Origin: Alphaproteobacteria bacterium
Lineage (GTDB): Bacteria > Pseudomonadota > Alphaproteobacteria > UBA2136
DNA length: 64,000 nt
Assembly (NCBI GenBank): GCA_047635695.1
Contig: JBLILN010000007.1
Location: 23,733 to 87,732 of the forward strand
Direction of reading: 5' to 3'
Shown: positions 1 through 8,430 of the stretch, in pieces
Layout of the letters: each line of letters starts with the position of its first letter
How positions within the stretch are numbered: position 1 is the stretch's first letter
Position numbers and translations under genes: made by a program
The notes under the pieces: model-generated
Database searches by the model: none
Seen by the model: the letters and a program-made list of their open reading frames with translations, nothing else
What the model was told of the DNA's origin: nothing

Positions 1-1
1 T

Positions 2-409
2 CAACTTTTAGAGCAGGAAAAACTCGGTCTCGAACGTAAGCTCGCCTTTTTTGAAACATTTGTCACGCCGGACGTCGACGAAGAAGTTTTACAGTGCTTT
101 AATATTTCATTGACGCAGCAAGGTAAAAAAATTAAATACGGCATAAACTTCCTTAAAAAAGATCAAAAAGACAAAGAACGTCTCAAAACCATCGTCAAAA
201 TGAAAGTGCTGTACGGTGCTAATATTCTAGATATGAATGAGGATACGTCATACAAGGCCGACCGTGAAGTGAAAATGGATATCACAAAAGACAGGCGCCT
301 CACAGGTTCACTTACAGCGGACGTACCAAAGGAAGGCCTACACATTTTAGACATAAAAGCCTTCAACGATAACAACAAAGTTATTGCACATTGTTGGAAA
401 GCATTCTAA
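2..409 (+). CDS. hypothetical protein, 5'-truncated by window edge (the frame is open from nt 2, so the ORF-track Met at 110 is internal)
   Basis: Frame 2 has no stop between nt 2 and 409; no family recognised. Confidence 0.4.
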   Translation, partial: QLLEQEKLGLERKLAFFETFVTPDVDEEVLQCFNISLTQQGKKIKYGINFLKKDQKDKERLKTIVKMKVLYGANILDMNEDTSYKADREVKMDITKDRRLTGSLTADVPKEGLHILDIKAFNDNNKVIAHCWKAF

Positions 410-469
410 AGTAATAAATACTTAACGTTATATGTTGAAAACAGATATTTAAGGGAAATACAAAGCATA

Positions 470-994
470 ATGTGGCCATTTGGTAAAAAAATTAAGAAAA
501 GTAATGTCTCTCTCGATGTCACTGAGGCACGTACAGTCGAAAGCCACTGTTTTATTTCAGGTAATATCTCTGTTCAAGGTGAGGTTCAATTTAGTGGCAC
601 ATTACGTGTCGACGGACGCATTGTCGGTAAAGTTTCAAGCTACCCTAATAAAAACGGAACATTGGTTGTTAGTAAGGGGGCTTTTGTTGATGGCCCCGTT
701 GAAACAACAAACATTATTTGTGACGGTACCATTCACGGCCGTGTTCAAGCTTCAAATAAACTCGAAGTACGCAGCAACGGTGTCATTAATGGTGAAATGC
801 ATTACGACAAACTTTCCACCATGGAAGGGGCGCAACTTATCGGTCGCTGTCATCAAAATATTGACAAGACACCTAAATTACAAGAAGTGGGTAGCCCTAA
901 TTTTGGTCATTCTCTCGCAACGAGAGACACGGCTCAAGGGAGCTTAAATGCCCTTGCAATAGCAAATTTAGGCAATAAAAAATCAAAATTCTAA
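470..994 (+). CDS. bactofilin-family cytoskeletal protein (CcmA/DUF583-like)
   Basis: Short basic N-terminus (MWPFGKKIKK) followed by repeated beta-helical G-x-V/I-x-G units typical of bactofilins. Confidence 0.6.
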   Translation: MWPFGKKIKKSNVSLDVTEARTVESHCFISGNISVQGEVQFSGTLRVDGRIVGKVSSYPNKNGTLVVSKGAFVDGPVETTNIICDGTIHGRVQASNKLEVRSNGVINGEMHYDKLSTMEGAQLIGRCHQNIDKTPKLQEVGSPNFGHSLATRDTAQGSLNALAIANLGNKKSKF

Positions 995-1010
995 ATAAAG
1001 GTTAAACCGT

Positions 1011-1529
1011 ATGACTGTTCTTGCCTACAAAGGTGCTTCCCCTAAAATTGCGGCGGACGCTTTTATAGCAGGAGGTTCAACGGTTATTGGTGATACCGTT
1101 ATCGGTGAAAAGACCAGTATTTGGTACAACGTCACTATTCGTGGTGACGTGAACACTATCCGCATTGGCAAGCACACCAACATTCAAGACGGTTCCACTT
1201 GTCATGTGTCCTATAAAACAGGGCCTTTGGTTATTGGCGACTATGTCACTATTGGCCATAACGCCATTGTTCACGGCTGTACCTTGGAAGACCATGCCTT
1301 TGTTGGTATGGGCGCTATGGTGCTAGACGGTGCTGTTGTCAGCTCGCATGCAATGCTTGCCGCGGGCGCCTTACTCACCAACAATAAGGTTGTACCGACG
1401 GGTGAAATTTGGGCAGGTAACCCCGCCAAGTTCTTCCGTAAAATGACCGACAAAGAAATGGTTTACGCCGAGTGGTCAGCCGAGCATTACGTTAAGCTGG
1501 GACAAGAACACGCTTCGATCACGGAATAA
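1011..1529 (+). CDS. gamma-class carbonic anhydrase family / hexapeptide-repeat protein (YrdA/PaaY-like)
   Basis: Left-handed beta-helix hexapeptide repeats and His-rich metal-binding motifs; ~172 aa as expected for the family. Confidence 0.8.
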   Translation: MTVLAYKGASPKIAADAFIAGGSTVIGDTVIGEKTSIWYNVTIRGDVNTIRIGKHTNIQDGSTCHVSYKTGPLVIGDYVTIGHNAIVHGCTLEDHAFVGMGAMVLDGAVVSSHAMLAAGALLTNNKVVPTGEIWAGNPAKFFRKMTDKEMVYAEWSAEHYVKLGQEHASITE

Positions 1530-1560
1530 CCGCCCCTGAGCGTCTGCTTTCGTTTCGTCA

Positions 1561-1649
1561 GATGTCATTGACTAAACGTCAACTTCCATCCTAAAAACAA
1601 AACCATCCATCTCAGTGGCGACTATTTTAACGGTGCATCAAACTAGATG
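1561..1649 (+). repeat. dispersed repeat, family 1 copy A (GATGTCATTGAC-taaac-GTCAA ... TAACGGTGCATC)
   Basis: See copy B; lies between the convergent gamma-CA and ORFan genes. Confidence 0.6.
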
Positions 1650-2029
1650 TTATCAATTAAATTAAGTTGCATAGATCTTTTTTTATTAGACTTTACATTG
1701 AATCTTAAATTCTCAGGTATGGCTTCGAGCTCTTCGTCATTAAAGGTATAAACATCATTAGCTATAGTCTCTTTTAGCCTGAGGGTACCATTTTTATATT
1801 CATATTTTTTTTCAATTAACACATATATATAGTCATCGTTCTCGGATTTTTTAAGTGGATATTTACCGTTAAGTACACCATTTTTAAATTGTTCATCGCC
1901 CATGGAGACAGAAATAGTTTGACCATTTTCTACATTAATTAGTTTCCACTTTTTATCATCATCAATTATGTAGGGTGAGGCTATAATTGCATGTAATAAC
2001 TCATATTCAGAATCTGCAGGCTCTATCAA
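1643..2029 (-). CDS. hypothetical protein (ORFan, TTG start) in AT-rich islet
   Basis: Open frame of 128 aa; no recognisable motif; region is AT-rich. Confidence 0.3.
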   Translation of the reverse strand: MIEPADSEYELLHAIIASPYIIDDDKKWKLINVENGQTISVSMGDEQFKNGVLNGKYPLKKSENDDYIYVLIEKKYEYKNGTLRLKETIANDVYTFNDEELEAIPENLRFNVKSNKKRSMQLNLIDNI

Positions 2030-2366
2030 GTCTTTGATAACTATATGTTTAGAAAAATATTTACGTTCAATAGAAATCCTGTGCGAGTAAAGCCTATAGC
2101 TTTATTTTCTTTATTGGTTATGCAGGAATTAAAAAAATCACTTTTTGATTTAAGGGATTTATCATAATTACCATACTTCATATACTTATCACGTAAAGGG
2201 GTGTTGGGCTCATTCATGAATGCATTAACTATGTCCTTTACGGCTTTAGCTAAATTTTTAGCTTCATTTTCAGGTTTAAGTCATTGGTTGTTAATTCTTT
2301 ATGAAATGCCTTGTACGAGTCACTTTCTAGTATACTTATGGCGGTGTCAACAGCTTCTGTGGTACA

Positions 2367-2576
2367 CTATAGAATTGCACCAAGGTGGAATAGTATTTTA
2401 AACGAACCATCTGTGCTGGGGATAATTTGAAGTTCTAAGGGTAAGCTTCCGTCAAATATTTTATCATTTAATTCGGTAACAAGTGTATCAAGTGCTTTAA
2501 CTCCAGTTAATAATTCAGCAGTGGAAATTATATGTTGTGGTACGTTTAGGTGTAAGACTAATTCTTCACTTTGCAT
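2367..2576 (-). CDS. hypothetical small protein (ORFan) in AT-rich islet
   Basis: 69-aa ORF only; a further 58-aa ORF (~2043..2219, minus) lies between it and 1643..2029. Confidence 0.2.
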   Translation of the reverse strand: MQSEELVLHLNVPQHIISTAELLTGVKALDTLVTELNDKIFDGSLPLELQIIPSTDGSFKILFHLGAIL

Positions 2577-2722
2577 TGTGATATCCCTTTATAAAAAATT
2601 CTATATGTAAGGTATACCAAAAAGAAGTGTGATGTGCAACAATTACAACTGTTTACGCATATAAAACCAAAGAGCGCCTGAGCTGAGACTCAAGCGCTGG
2701 TGGGGTTAAAACGCCACGGTGG

Positions 2723-4075
2723 CTATTTTAGTAGTGGTGACCAAGCGGGGTCGGAAGCGTCCATCGGTGTTTTAAGTTGGCGCTCGTTGTAGCCTGTGAT
2801 GTCAATCGTATATATCTTCGTGTGGTCGCCCATTTGACGAGAGAAGATAATCACACGGCCGTTAGGTGACCAAGTTGGTGACTCATCGAGGAAGCTTTCA
2901 GTCAACTGACGCATTTCATTGCCTTGCGGGTCAATCACAGCGATTGAAAAACGACCTTTATATGATTTTACAAAAGCAATGTTGTCGCCACGTGGTGACC
3001 AAACAGGGGCATAAAAACTGCCTTTGCCGTAGGTCAGGCGTTTTACACGGTTACCGTCGGCGTCCATAATGTAAAGGGCAGGTGTGCCGCCACGGTTACT
3101 GTTGAAAACAATTTTCTTACCATCTGGTGAATATGAAGGGGACGTGTCAATACCACGGTGGAAAGTCAAACGCTTCAATTTTTTCGTTGCAATGTCGAGT
3201 GAGTAAAGCTCGGGGTTACCCGCGTGGCCTTTTGTTAGTGTCATCACCAATGTTTTACCATCAGGTGAGAAACGAGGAGAACTGTTGAGCCCTTCAAAGT
3301 CGCCGACAATTTCTTGACGTCCTGTTGGTAAATCAAGCAAGTAAAGACGTGGGAAGCCGTTGGCATATGACATATAAACGATCTTCTGCATAGAAGGGCT
3401 AAAACGTGGTGTGAGCACAAGGTGCTTACCGTCTGTCAGGCATTGGTAGTTGCCACCGTCTTGGTCCATCACACAAAGTTTTTTCAGAGTTTTATTACCT
3501 TCTTTCTCTTCAGCAATGTGGACAATACGTGTTGTAAAGTAACCGCTTTCACCTGTGAGAGACGTATAAATGTCATCACTAATACGGTGGCCAATGTGGC
3601 GCCAGAAGTTTAGGTCTGCAGTATAGCTTTTGGCAATAATAGGTTTGTCGGTGCTGCCGTACGGGTCGTAGAGGCGAAATTCAACCTTCGCTTTGCGTGG
3701 GTTATTACCGCTTTGGATAATTTCAATATTACCCGTCATTACCGCTTCAACGTTAATTAAACGCCATTCATTCAGCAAAATACCACTGGTACGAATAGAA
3801 TTACGAGATTGCAAGTGTGCCTTAGGGTCAGCCACTTTGAAGAGACCTGAGTTTTTAAGGTTATCAGCAATAATATTACGAATTTTAACACCCACATTTT
3901 GCTCATCCGTTGTTGTGCCGTCAAAGGGTACAAGTGCCGTTGGCAAAGGGTCAGCATTAGGGTCGGTGAGGTTAATACGTACGCGTGCATCTGCTTGCAT
4001 GCTCATCATCACGATCAGTGAAGCGATTAAGCCTGTGTAAATTTTTTGCATCATTTTATTTTCCACTTTCTTCAT
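2723..4075 (-). CDS. tolB: Tol-Pal system periplasmic beta-propeller protein TolB
   Basis: Signal peptide, TolB N-domain and C-terminal beta-propeller repeats; 4-nt gap to tolA stop suggests coupling. Confidence 0.9.
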   Translation of the reverse strand: MKKVENKMMQKIYTGLIASLIVMMSMQADARVRINLTDPNADPLPTALVPFDGTTTDEQNVGVKIRNIIADNLKNSGLFKVADPKAHLQSRNSIRTSGILLNEWRLINVEAVMTGNIEIIQSGNNPRKAKVEFRLYDPYGSTDKPIIAKSYTADLNFWRHIGHRISDDIYTSLTGESGYFTTRIVHIAEEKEGNKTLKKLCVMDQDGGNYQCLTDGKHLVLTPRFSPSMQKIVYMSYANGFPRLYLLDLPTGRQEIVGDFEGLNSSPRFSPDGKTLVMTLTKGHAGNPELYSLDIATKKLKRLTFHRGIDTSPSYSPDGKKIVFNSNRGGTPALYIMDADGNRVKRLTYGKGSFYAPVWSPRGDNIAFVKSYKGRFSIAVIDPQGNEMRQLTESFLDESPTWSPNGRVIIFSRQMGDHTKIYTIDITGYNERQLKTPMDASDPAWSPLLK

Positions 4076-4079
4076 TGTG

Positions 4080-4907
4080 TTAGCCGTTCCAGTATAAATC
4101 TATTTCTTTAAAAAGTTCGTATTTGTCGCTTGGTATAGGGAAGGGTGCGGCCTTCCTTGCGGCACGTTTAAGTGAGTTATCAAGCGAGGTTGAACCCGAA
4201 CTTTCTATCACTTCCAAAGACGCTAATGTACCGTCTCTGTTAATTTTTAAACGTAAAAGTAAAGCATTGCTAAACTTGGTACCTGGTGTTTTATACCAGT
4301 TACGTTCGATATGTTTTTTCAATACAGCAAGCTCAGCTTGCTCAGCCACATTGATGGTTGTTCGTTCTGTTTCTTCACCTTCAAACATCGCCGATTCTTC
4401 TGCCTTTAAGTCTTCAATAAAACTTAAAGCCTTTAAAAAGTCATCAGGGTCTTCCACCATGACAGCGTCTTTATTGGCCTCTTTGATAATGTTTTTCTTG
4501 TCAGGTGTTTTATCAAGTTTTGCAGGGCGAGACTCAGGTTTGTTTTCTACCTTTTTAGGCTCGACCTTCTTTGGTGTTTTTTCAACGACCTCTAGCTTCT
4601 TCTTGACTTTCTTCGGGTTTTTTTGAGGGATCTCTTTTACCAAGGTCGGCTTTTTAGGCTTTTCTTTCGGTTTTGGTTTAGGCTTTTCTTTTGGTTTGTT
4701 TGCGGCCTTAGGTGCGGCGCTTTGCTGTGTCTTTACAGCCTTTTGCTTTTCAACCTTGGTTGTCTTTTTGACATTTTTAGCGGCAACCAGCTTAATGGAA
4801 ATAGCTTTAACTTCATTTTTAGGGAAGAATACTTCAGGCACGTTGATGAACGCGACAAAGGCCACAAATATGTGTAGAAAGAAGGATATAAGTAAGCCTC
4901 TACGCAT
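4080..4907 (-). CDS. tolA: TolA-like protein (TonB/TolA C-terminal domain; Lys/Pro-rich linker)
   Basis: N-terminal TM anchor, KPKEKPKPK low-complexity linker and C-terminal TonB/TolA-like domain; position between tolR and tolB. Confidence 0.7.
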   Translation of the reverse strand: MRRGLLISFFLHIFVAFVAFINVPEVFFPKNEVKAISIKLVAAKNVKKTTKVEKQKAVKTQQSAAPKAANKPKEKPKPKPKEKPKKPTLVKEIPQKNPKKVKKKLEVVEKTPKKVEPKKVENKPESRPAKLDKTPDKKNIIKEANKDAVMVEDPDDFLKALSFIEDLKAEESAMFEGEETERTTINVAEQAELAVLKKHIERNWYKTPGTKFSNALLLRLKINRDGTLASLEVIESSGSTSLDNSLKRAARKAAPFPIPSDKYELFKEIDLYWNG

Positions 4908-4931
4908 TTTTTGCTCTAAGTTCCTTTAAGT

Positions 4932-5363
4932 TTATTGAGTAGGTGCTGTGACAAGGCCAACGTCGACCAAGCCTGCAGTTTGTAGTTCGCTCATTACTTC
5001 CATCACTTGGCCGTAGTCTACAGACCTGTCGGCATTGAGTAATATAGAAGCGGCTTCTTTTCTGGCACCTCTAATGGCTTTAAGGCGTGAAGGGAGGTCA
5101 CTGCGTTTAATTTTTTGCGTTTGAATAAAAATATCACCCGAAGCCTTAATGGTAATTTGAATAGGCTCTTTTTGTTCAGTGATAGGTTGGTTATCAACTT
5201 CAGGCAAATTAATTTGAACACCCTGTGTAATAAGCGGTGCTGTAATCATAAAGACAACCAATAGAACCAACATAACGTCGACGAAAGGCGTGATATTAAT
5301 TTCTGCAATCGGTTGTTTTCGATATGATTTAGCCTGTGATTTACTTAAAAGTGGACCAGCCAT
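4932..5363 (-). CDS. tolR: biopolymer transport protein TolR (ExbD family)
   Basis: ExbD/TolR single-TM topology with the conserved Asp in the TM segment. Confidence 0.85.
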   Translation of the reverse strand: MAGPLLSKSQAKSYRKQPIAEINITPFVDVMLVLLVVFMITAPLITQGVQINLPEVDNQPITEQKEPIQITIKASGDIFIQTQKIKRSDLPSRLKAIRGARKEAASILLNADRSVDYGQVMEVMSELQTAGLVDVGLVTAPTQ

Positions 5364-5368
5364 AAGGG

Positions 5369-6172
5369 TTATGATGCCTCCTTTGTTTTATCAGAAGTAC
5401 GGAGTTTATTTGTTGTTTTTGAAGCGCTTACAACACTTTCTTGATGTTGCCTCTCAAGCAATGTCACGAATTCAGTAACGAATGATTCAAGGCGAGCCGC
5501 GTAACGTCCAAGCTCTGTTGATAACTTGTTGTAAGCGACAACGGCAGGGATAGCGGCAAACAGTCCAAGGGCTGTTGCAAACAAGGCTTCAGCAATACCA
5601 GGAGCGACGACAGCAAGGGACGTATTTTTGGTTGCGCCAATGTCGTTAAAGGAACTCATGATACCCCAAACTGTTCCGAGTAAACCAATGAAAGGTGCAG
5701 TTGAACCGACAGTTGCAAGTACAGGCATTGAGTTTTCAAGGCGTTCGAGTTCACGGTTCATTTTGGCACCCATGAGTTGGCGTACACGGTCGGGCACACC
5801 CACTTGTAATGTGTAATTTTTATTTTCTGTATTTTCGTCTTTTGCCTGTTCCCACTCACGCAAGCCAATAACGTAAAGTTTAGCCATAGGGTGGTCGGTT
5901 TCTTCAGGTTTTGTGTTTTTGTATAGCTCTTCTAAGCCACGGTTGCCCCAAAAAGCTTCTTCAAAGCGCTGCGCTTTGTGACGTAATTTACGAAAAACGT
6001 TATACTTGTTGATGAGAATAGCCCATGTGACGATAGAAAGCCCTATCAGTAATAGCATAATGGTTTTAACAAAAATATCAGCTTGTGAAAAAAGCCCCAT
6101 AACCGTGAGGTCGTGCGCTGCTTGAACGGCTGTGGTTGCTGCTGATTGGATAGGTTCCGCAAGTGGTGTCAT
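5369..6172 (-). CDS. tolQ: Tol-Pal system protein TolQ (MotA/TolQ/ExbB family)
   Basis: MotA/TolQ/ExbB three-TM pattern; strong RBS GAAGGAG upstream of the ATG at 6172. Confidence 0.85.
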   Translation of the reverse strand: MTPLAEPIQSAATTAVQAAHDLTVMGLFSQADIFVKTIMLLLIGLSIVTWAILINKYNVFRKLRHKAQRFEEAFWGNRGLEELYKNTKPEETDHPMAKLYVIGLREWEQAKDENTENKNYTLQVGVPDRVRQLMGAKMNRELERLENSMPVLATVGSTAPFIGLLGTVWGIMSSFNDIGATKNTSLAVVAPGIAEALFATALGLFAAIPAVVAYNKLSTELGRYAARLESFVTEFVTLLERQHQESVVSASKTTNKLRTSDKTKEAS

Positions 6173-6436
6173 GTGCTTAAGAGCTCCTTCATAGTCAAAA
6201 ATTACAGTTGTCCATTTATACCGACTCAGCGTTTAAATGTCCACCACGCAATGTCATACAAATGCAACGCGCCTCCATAAATTAAACAATTTCGGTGCTT
6301 TAACGATGGTTGTTTATGTTACTTTTTTGCGTAAATTTTAATCAGAGCCTTGTAATTACACGTTAGAAGCCCTACAACTTACTTATAAATTTTTTGACAC
6401 ATCTTATTATTACTTTTTTTTAAAGCGAGGTTGCCT

Positions 6437-6721
6437 ATGGATAGAATAGGAATTACAAGCGCTTCACTCACTCAAACAAAAGCTTATTTGTTGGAAACTG
6501 TAAAGCAATTACAAAATTTACATAATAAAAACAATCAACGTAACACGATTGAAGTTCAAAGCGGTTACCGTGACACAATAGATATAAATATTTTAACGCA
6601 TGTGAATAATAGCCTAAGGCAAACGTTTTTAGACTTACAGTTTAAATTAAATAACCAAGGTTTAACTTTAGAGGTGCAGGCATATTGTTCGCGCTTATTC
6701 ATATCCATTCGATCAACGTAA
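6437..6721 (+). CDS. hypothetical small protein
   Basis: GAGG RBS 9 nt before the ATG at 6437; followed by an intrinsic terminator. Confidence 0.35.
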   Translation: MDRIGITSASLTQTKAYLLETVKQLQNLHNKNNQRNTIEVQSGYRDTIDINILTHVNNSLRQTFLDLQFKLNNQGLTLEVQAYCSRLFISIRST

Positions 6722-6744
6722 AACCTCCTTTTGGAGGTTTTTTG
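6722..6744 (+). terminator. rho-independent terminator (ACCTCC/GGAGGT stem + T-run)
   Basis: Perfect 6-bp GC-rich stem, 4-nt loop, T5 tail. Confidence 0.6.
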
Positions 6745-6875
6745 GCATGTAAAGCATAAAAATCCTACCGAATAATGTACGAACAAAAATGTTAAATTAT
6801 AAATTTGGAGCATTTACCTCACTTATTTACCTTTGTATAACGCAGAAAGCCCTCACTATGAGGGCTTTTTTATCG

Positions 6876-7127
6876 TTATATGTTTTGTTGAGACTTCCAT
6901 TGCTTGTAAGTATCTTTCATACAAACGGCGCAGGGGCGGTAGTCATGATTGGTAGCGTCTTGTTCTGTAGAAAAGAAAACACGGTTTTGTGCTTTAATTT
7001 TATTTTTACCTGAAACACAGTTTAAGTGGCCGTATATTTTGCCGACTGTCCAGCCGGCGAATGTAATGTCTTTTCTCTTTATGGCCTTTAAAAGGTCATT
7101 GGTTGAAATGTTTAAGTGAAGAATCAT
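6876..7127 (-). CDS. small protein with Ada-N-like Zn-binding motif (…NRVFFSTEQDATNHDYRPCAVC…)
   Basis: GGAGAA RBS 8 nt before the ATG; C-terminal F-F-x-S-x-E-x-A-x3-G-Y/F-R-P-C-x2-C pattern resembles the Ada metal-binding domain (from memory, unverified). Confidence 0.35.
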   Translation of the reverse strand: MILHLNISTNDLLKAIKRKDITFAGWTVGKIYGHLNCVSGKNKIKAQNRVFFSTEQDATNHDYRPCAVCMKDTYKQWKSQQNI

Positions 7128-7221
7128 AATATTGTTCTCCGAAAGATGAAGGTGTTGCTGTAAAAGTTGAGGTGATTGTATGTAATTATTATAACGAATT
7201 TATATGTTTGAGTCCATAAAA

Positions 7222-7258
7222 TAAACCCATCTGCGGTTACAGATGGGTTTTATAAGTT
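7222..7258 (-). terminator. bidirectional hairpin terminator downstream of aldolase (AACCCATCTG...CAGATGGGTT)
   Basis: 10-bp perfect stem flanked by A/T runs. Confidence 0.5.
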
Positions 7259-7325
7259 AATACCGCAAAGCGTTTCACATAAAAGAAAAACGCTGATGGG
7301 ATTAACCCGATTAAACGCGGTGCGT

Positions 7326-8354
7326 TTAGGCAGCTTCAAGGTCGTTTGAATACTCACCTTTGGCTGCAAGGCTGTTACACATTGCACGGTGTGTGAAAAC
7401 ACTTTGAGCCATTTTCCAGTTAAGCTCTTCACCCTTCCAGGCTTGTAAGGCAGCGCCTTGCAAGGCACGGCCATATGAAAATGTGAGGGGCCAAGGGCTG
7501 TTACCTGCAGACAGTTTGTTCATTTTATCAAGGTGGCTTGTTGCTTGCTCGTCATTTTGACCACCAGAAAGGAAGACAATACCCGCAACGTCAGCTGGTA
7601 CTGTTTCACTGAGTGCTTTGTATGTCCATGTGGCTACTTGGTCTTCTGTGCTGGCTGTTGGGCAGTTTTTACCCGCAATAACCATAGAAGGCTTAAGTAA
7701 GACACCAGCAAGGTGCACACCTTCCGCTTTAAGGGCTTTAAACAGTTCAATATGCGCCATGCGTACAACTTCATCGGCACGTTCTATTGTGTGTGTGCTG
7801 CGCTCGGCGTCGTCCATTAAAACTTCAGGCTCAACGATAGGGACAATACCGGCTTCTTGACAAAGCTTGGCATATTTTGCAAGGCCTTCGGCGTTTTTAA
7901 CGTAACATTCAGTTGATGGTAGTGTGTCGGTAATGCTGTAAACACTACGCCATTTAGCGAAGCGTGCGCCAAGGTCGTGGTATTCAGCAAGGCGTGCCGC
8001 TAAGCGGTCTAGGCCTTTGGTTGTTTTTTCACCATTGCCAATATCTACCAAGCCTTCGTCCACTTTAATGCCTGGAATAATACCCATACCATGAAGCATT
8101 TCGGAGAATTTTGTACCGTCACGGCTGCTTTGGCGGAGTGTTTCATCGTAAAGAATAACGCCGCTTACGTATTCAGATACGTCTTTAGCCGTAAAGAAGA
8201 GTTCACGCATATCACGGCGATTTTCTTCCGTGTTTTCCATGCCGATAGAGCTGAGGCGTTTACCTGCTGTGCCTGTGCTTTCGTCGGCCGCAAGGATACC
8301 TTTTCCCTTGGCAACAATAGCTTTAGCGATATTTTCGAGTTCTTGAGTATTCAT
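7326..8354 (-). CDS. fba: fructose-bisphosphate aldolase, class I (eukaryotic-type)
   Basis: ILAADES and Schiff-base Lys motifs of class I FBA. Start is placed at the second Met (MNTQELEN), which has a GGAG RBS; the ORF-track Met at 8369 has none. Confidence 0.85.
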   Translation of the reverse strand: MNTQELENIAKAIVAKGKGILAADESTGTAGKRLSSIGMENTEENRRDMRELFFTAKDVSEYVSGVILYDETLRQSSRDGTKFSEMLHGMGIIPGIKVDEGLVDIGNGEKTTKGLDRLAARLAEYHDLGARFAKWRSVYSITDTLPSTECYVKNAEGLAKYAKLCQEAGIVPIVEPEVLMDDAERSTHTIERADEVVRMAHIELFKALKAEGVHLAGVLLKPSMVIAGKNCPTASTEDQVATWTYKALSETVPADVAGIVFLSGGQNDEQATSHLDKMNKLSAGNSPWPLTFSYGRALQGAALQAWKGEELNWKMAQSVFTHRAMCNSLAAKGEYSNDLEAA

Positions 8355-8430
8355 AAAGGTGAGCTCCATCTTTTTTTATTAAAAACTGTATTTGTTCAGT
8401 ATTTTAAGCGAGGTCTGCGTTTGAAGCAAG

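Noticed and set aside
6851-6872. GCCCTCA…TGAGGGC hairpins at 6851, 25396 and 53391 as a possible third repeat family
   Set aside because: Only the GC stem is shared (7 bp), and flanks do not align. They are most likely independent intrinsic terminators.
8355-8369. Upstream Met of aldolase (MELTF)
   Set aside because: No RBS, while the second Met has GGAG at the right spacing. Difference of only 5 residues.
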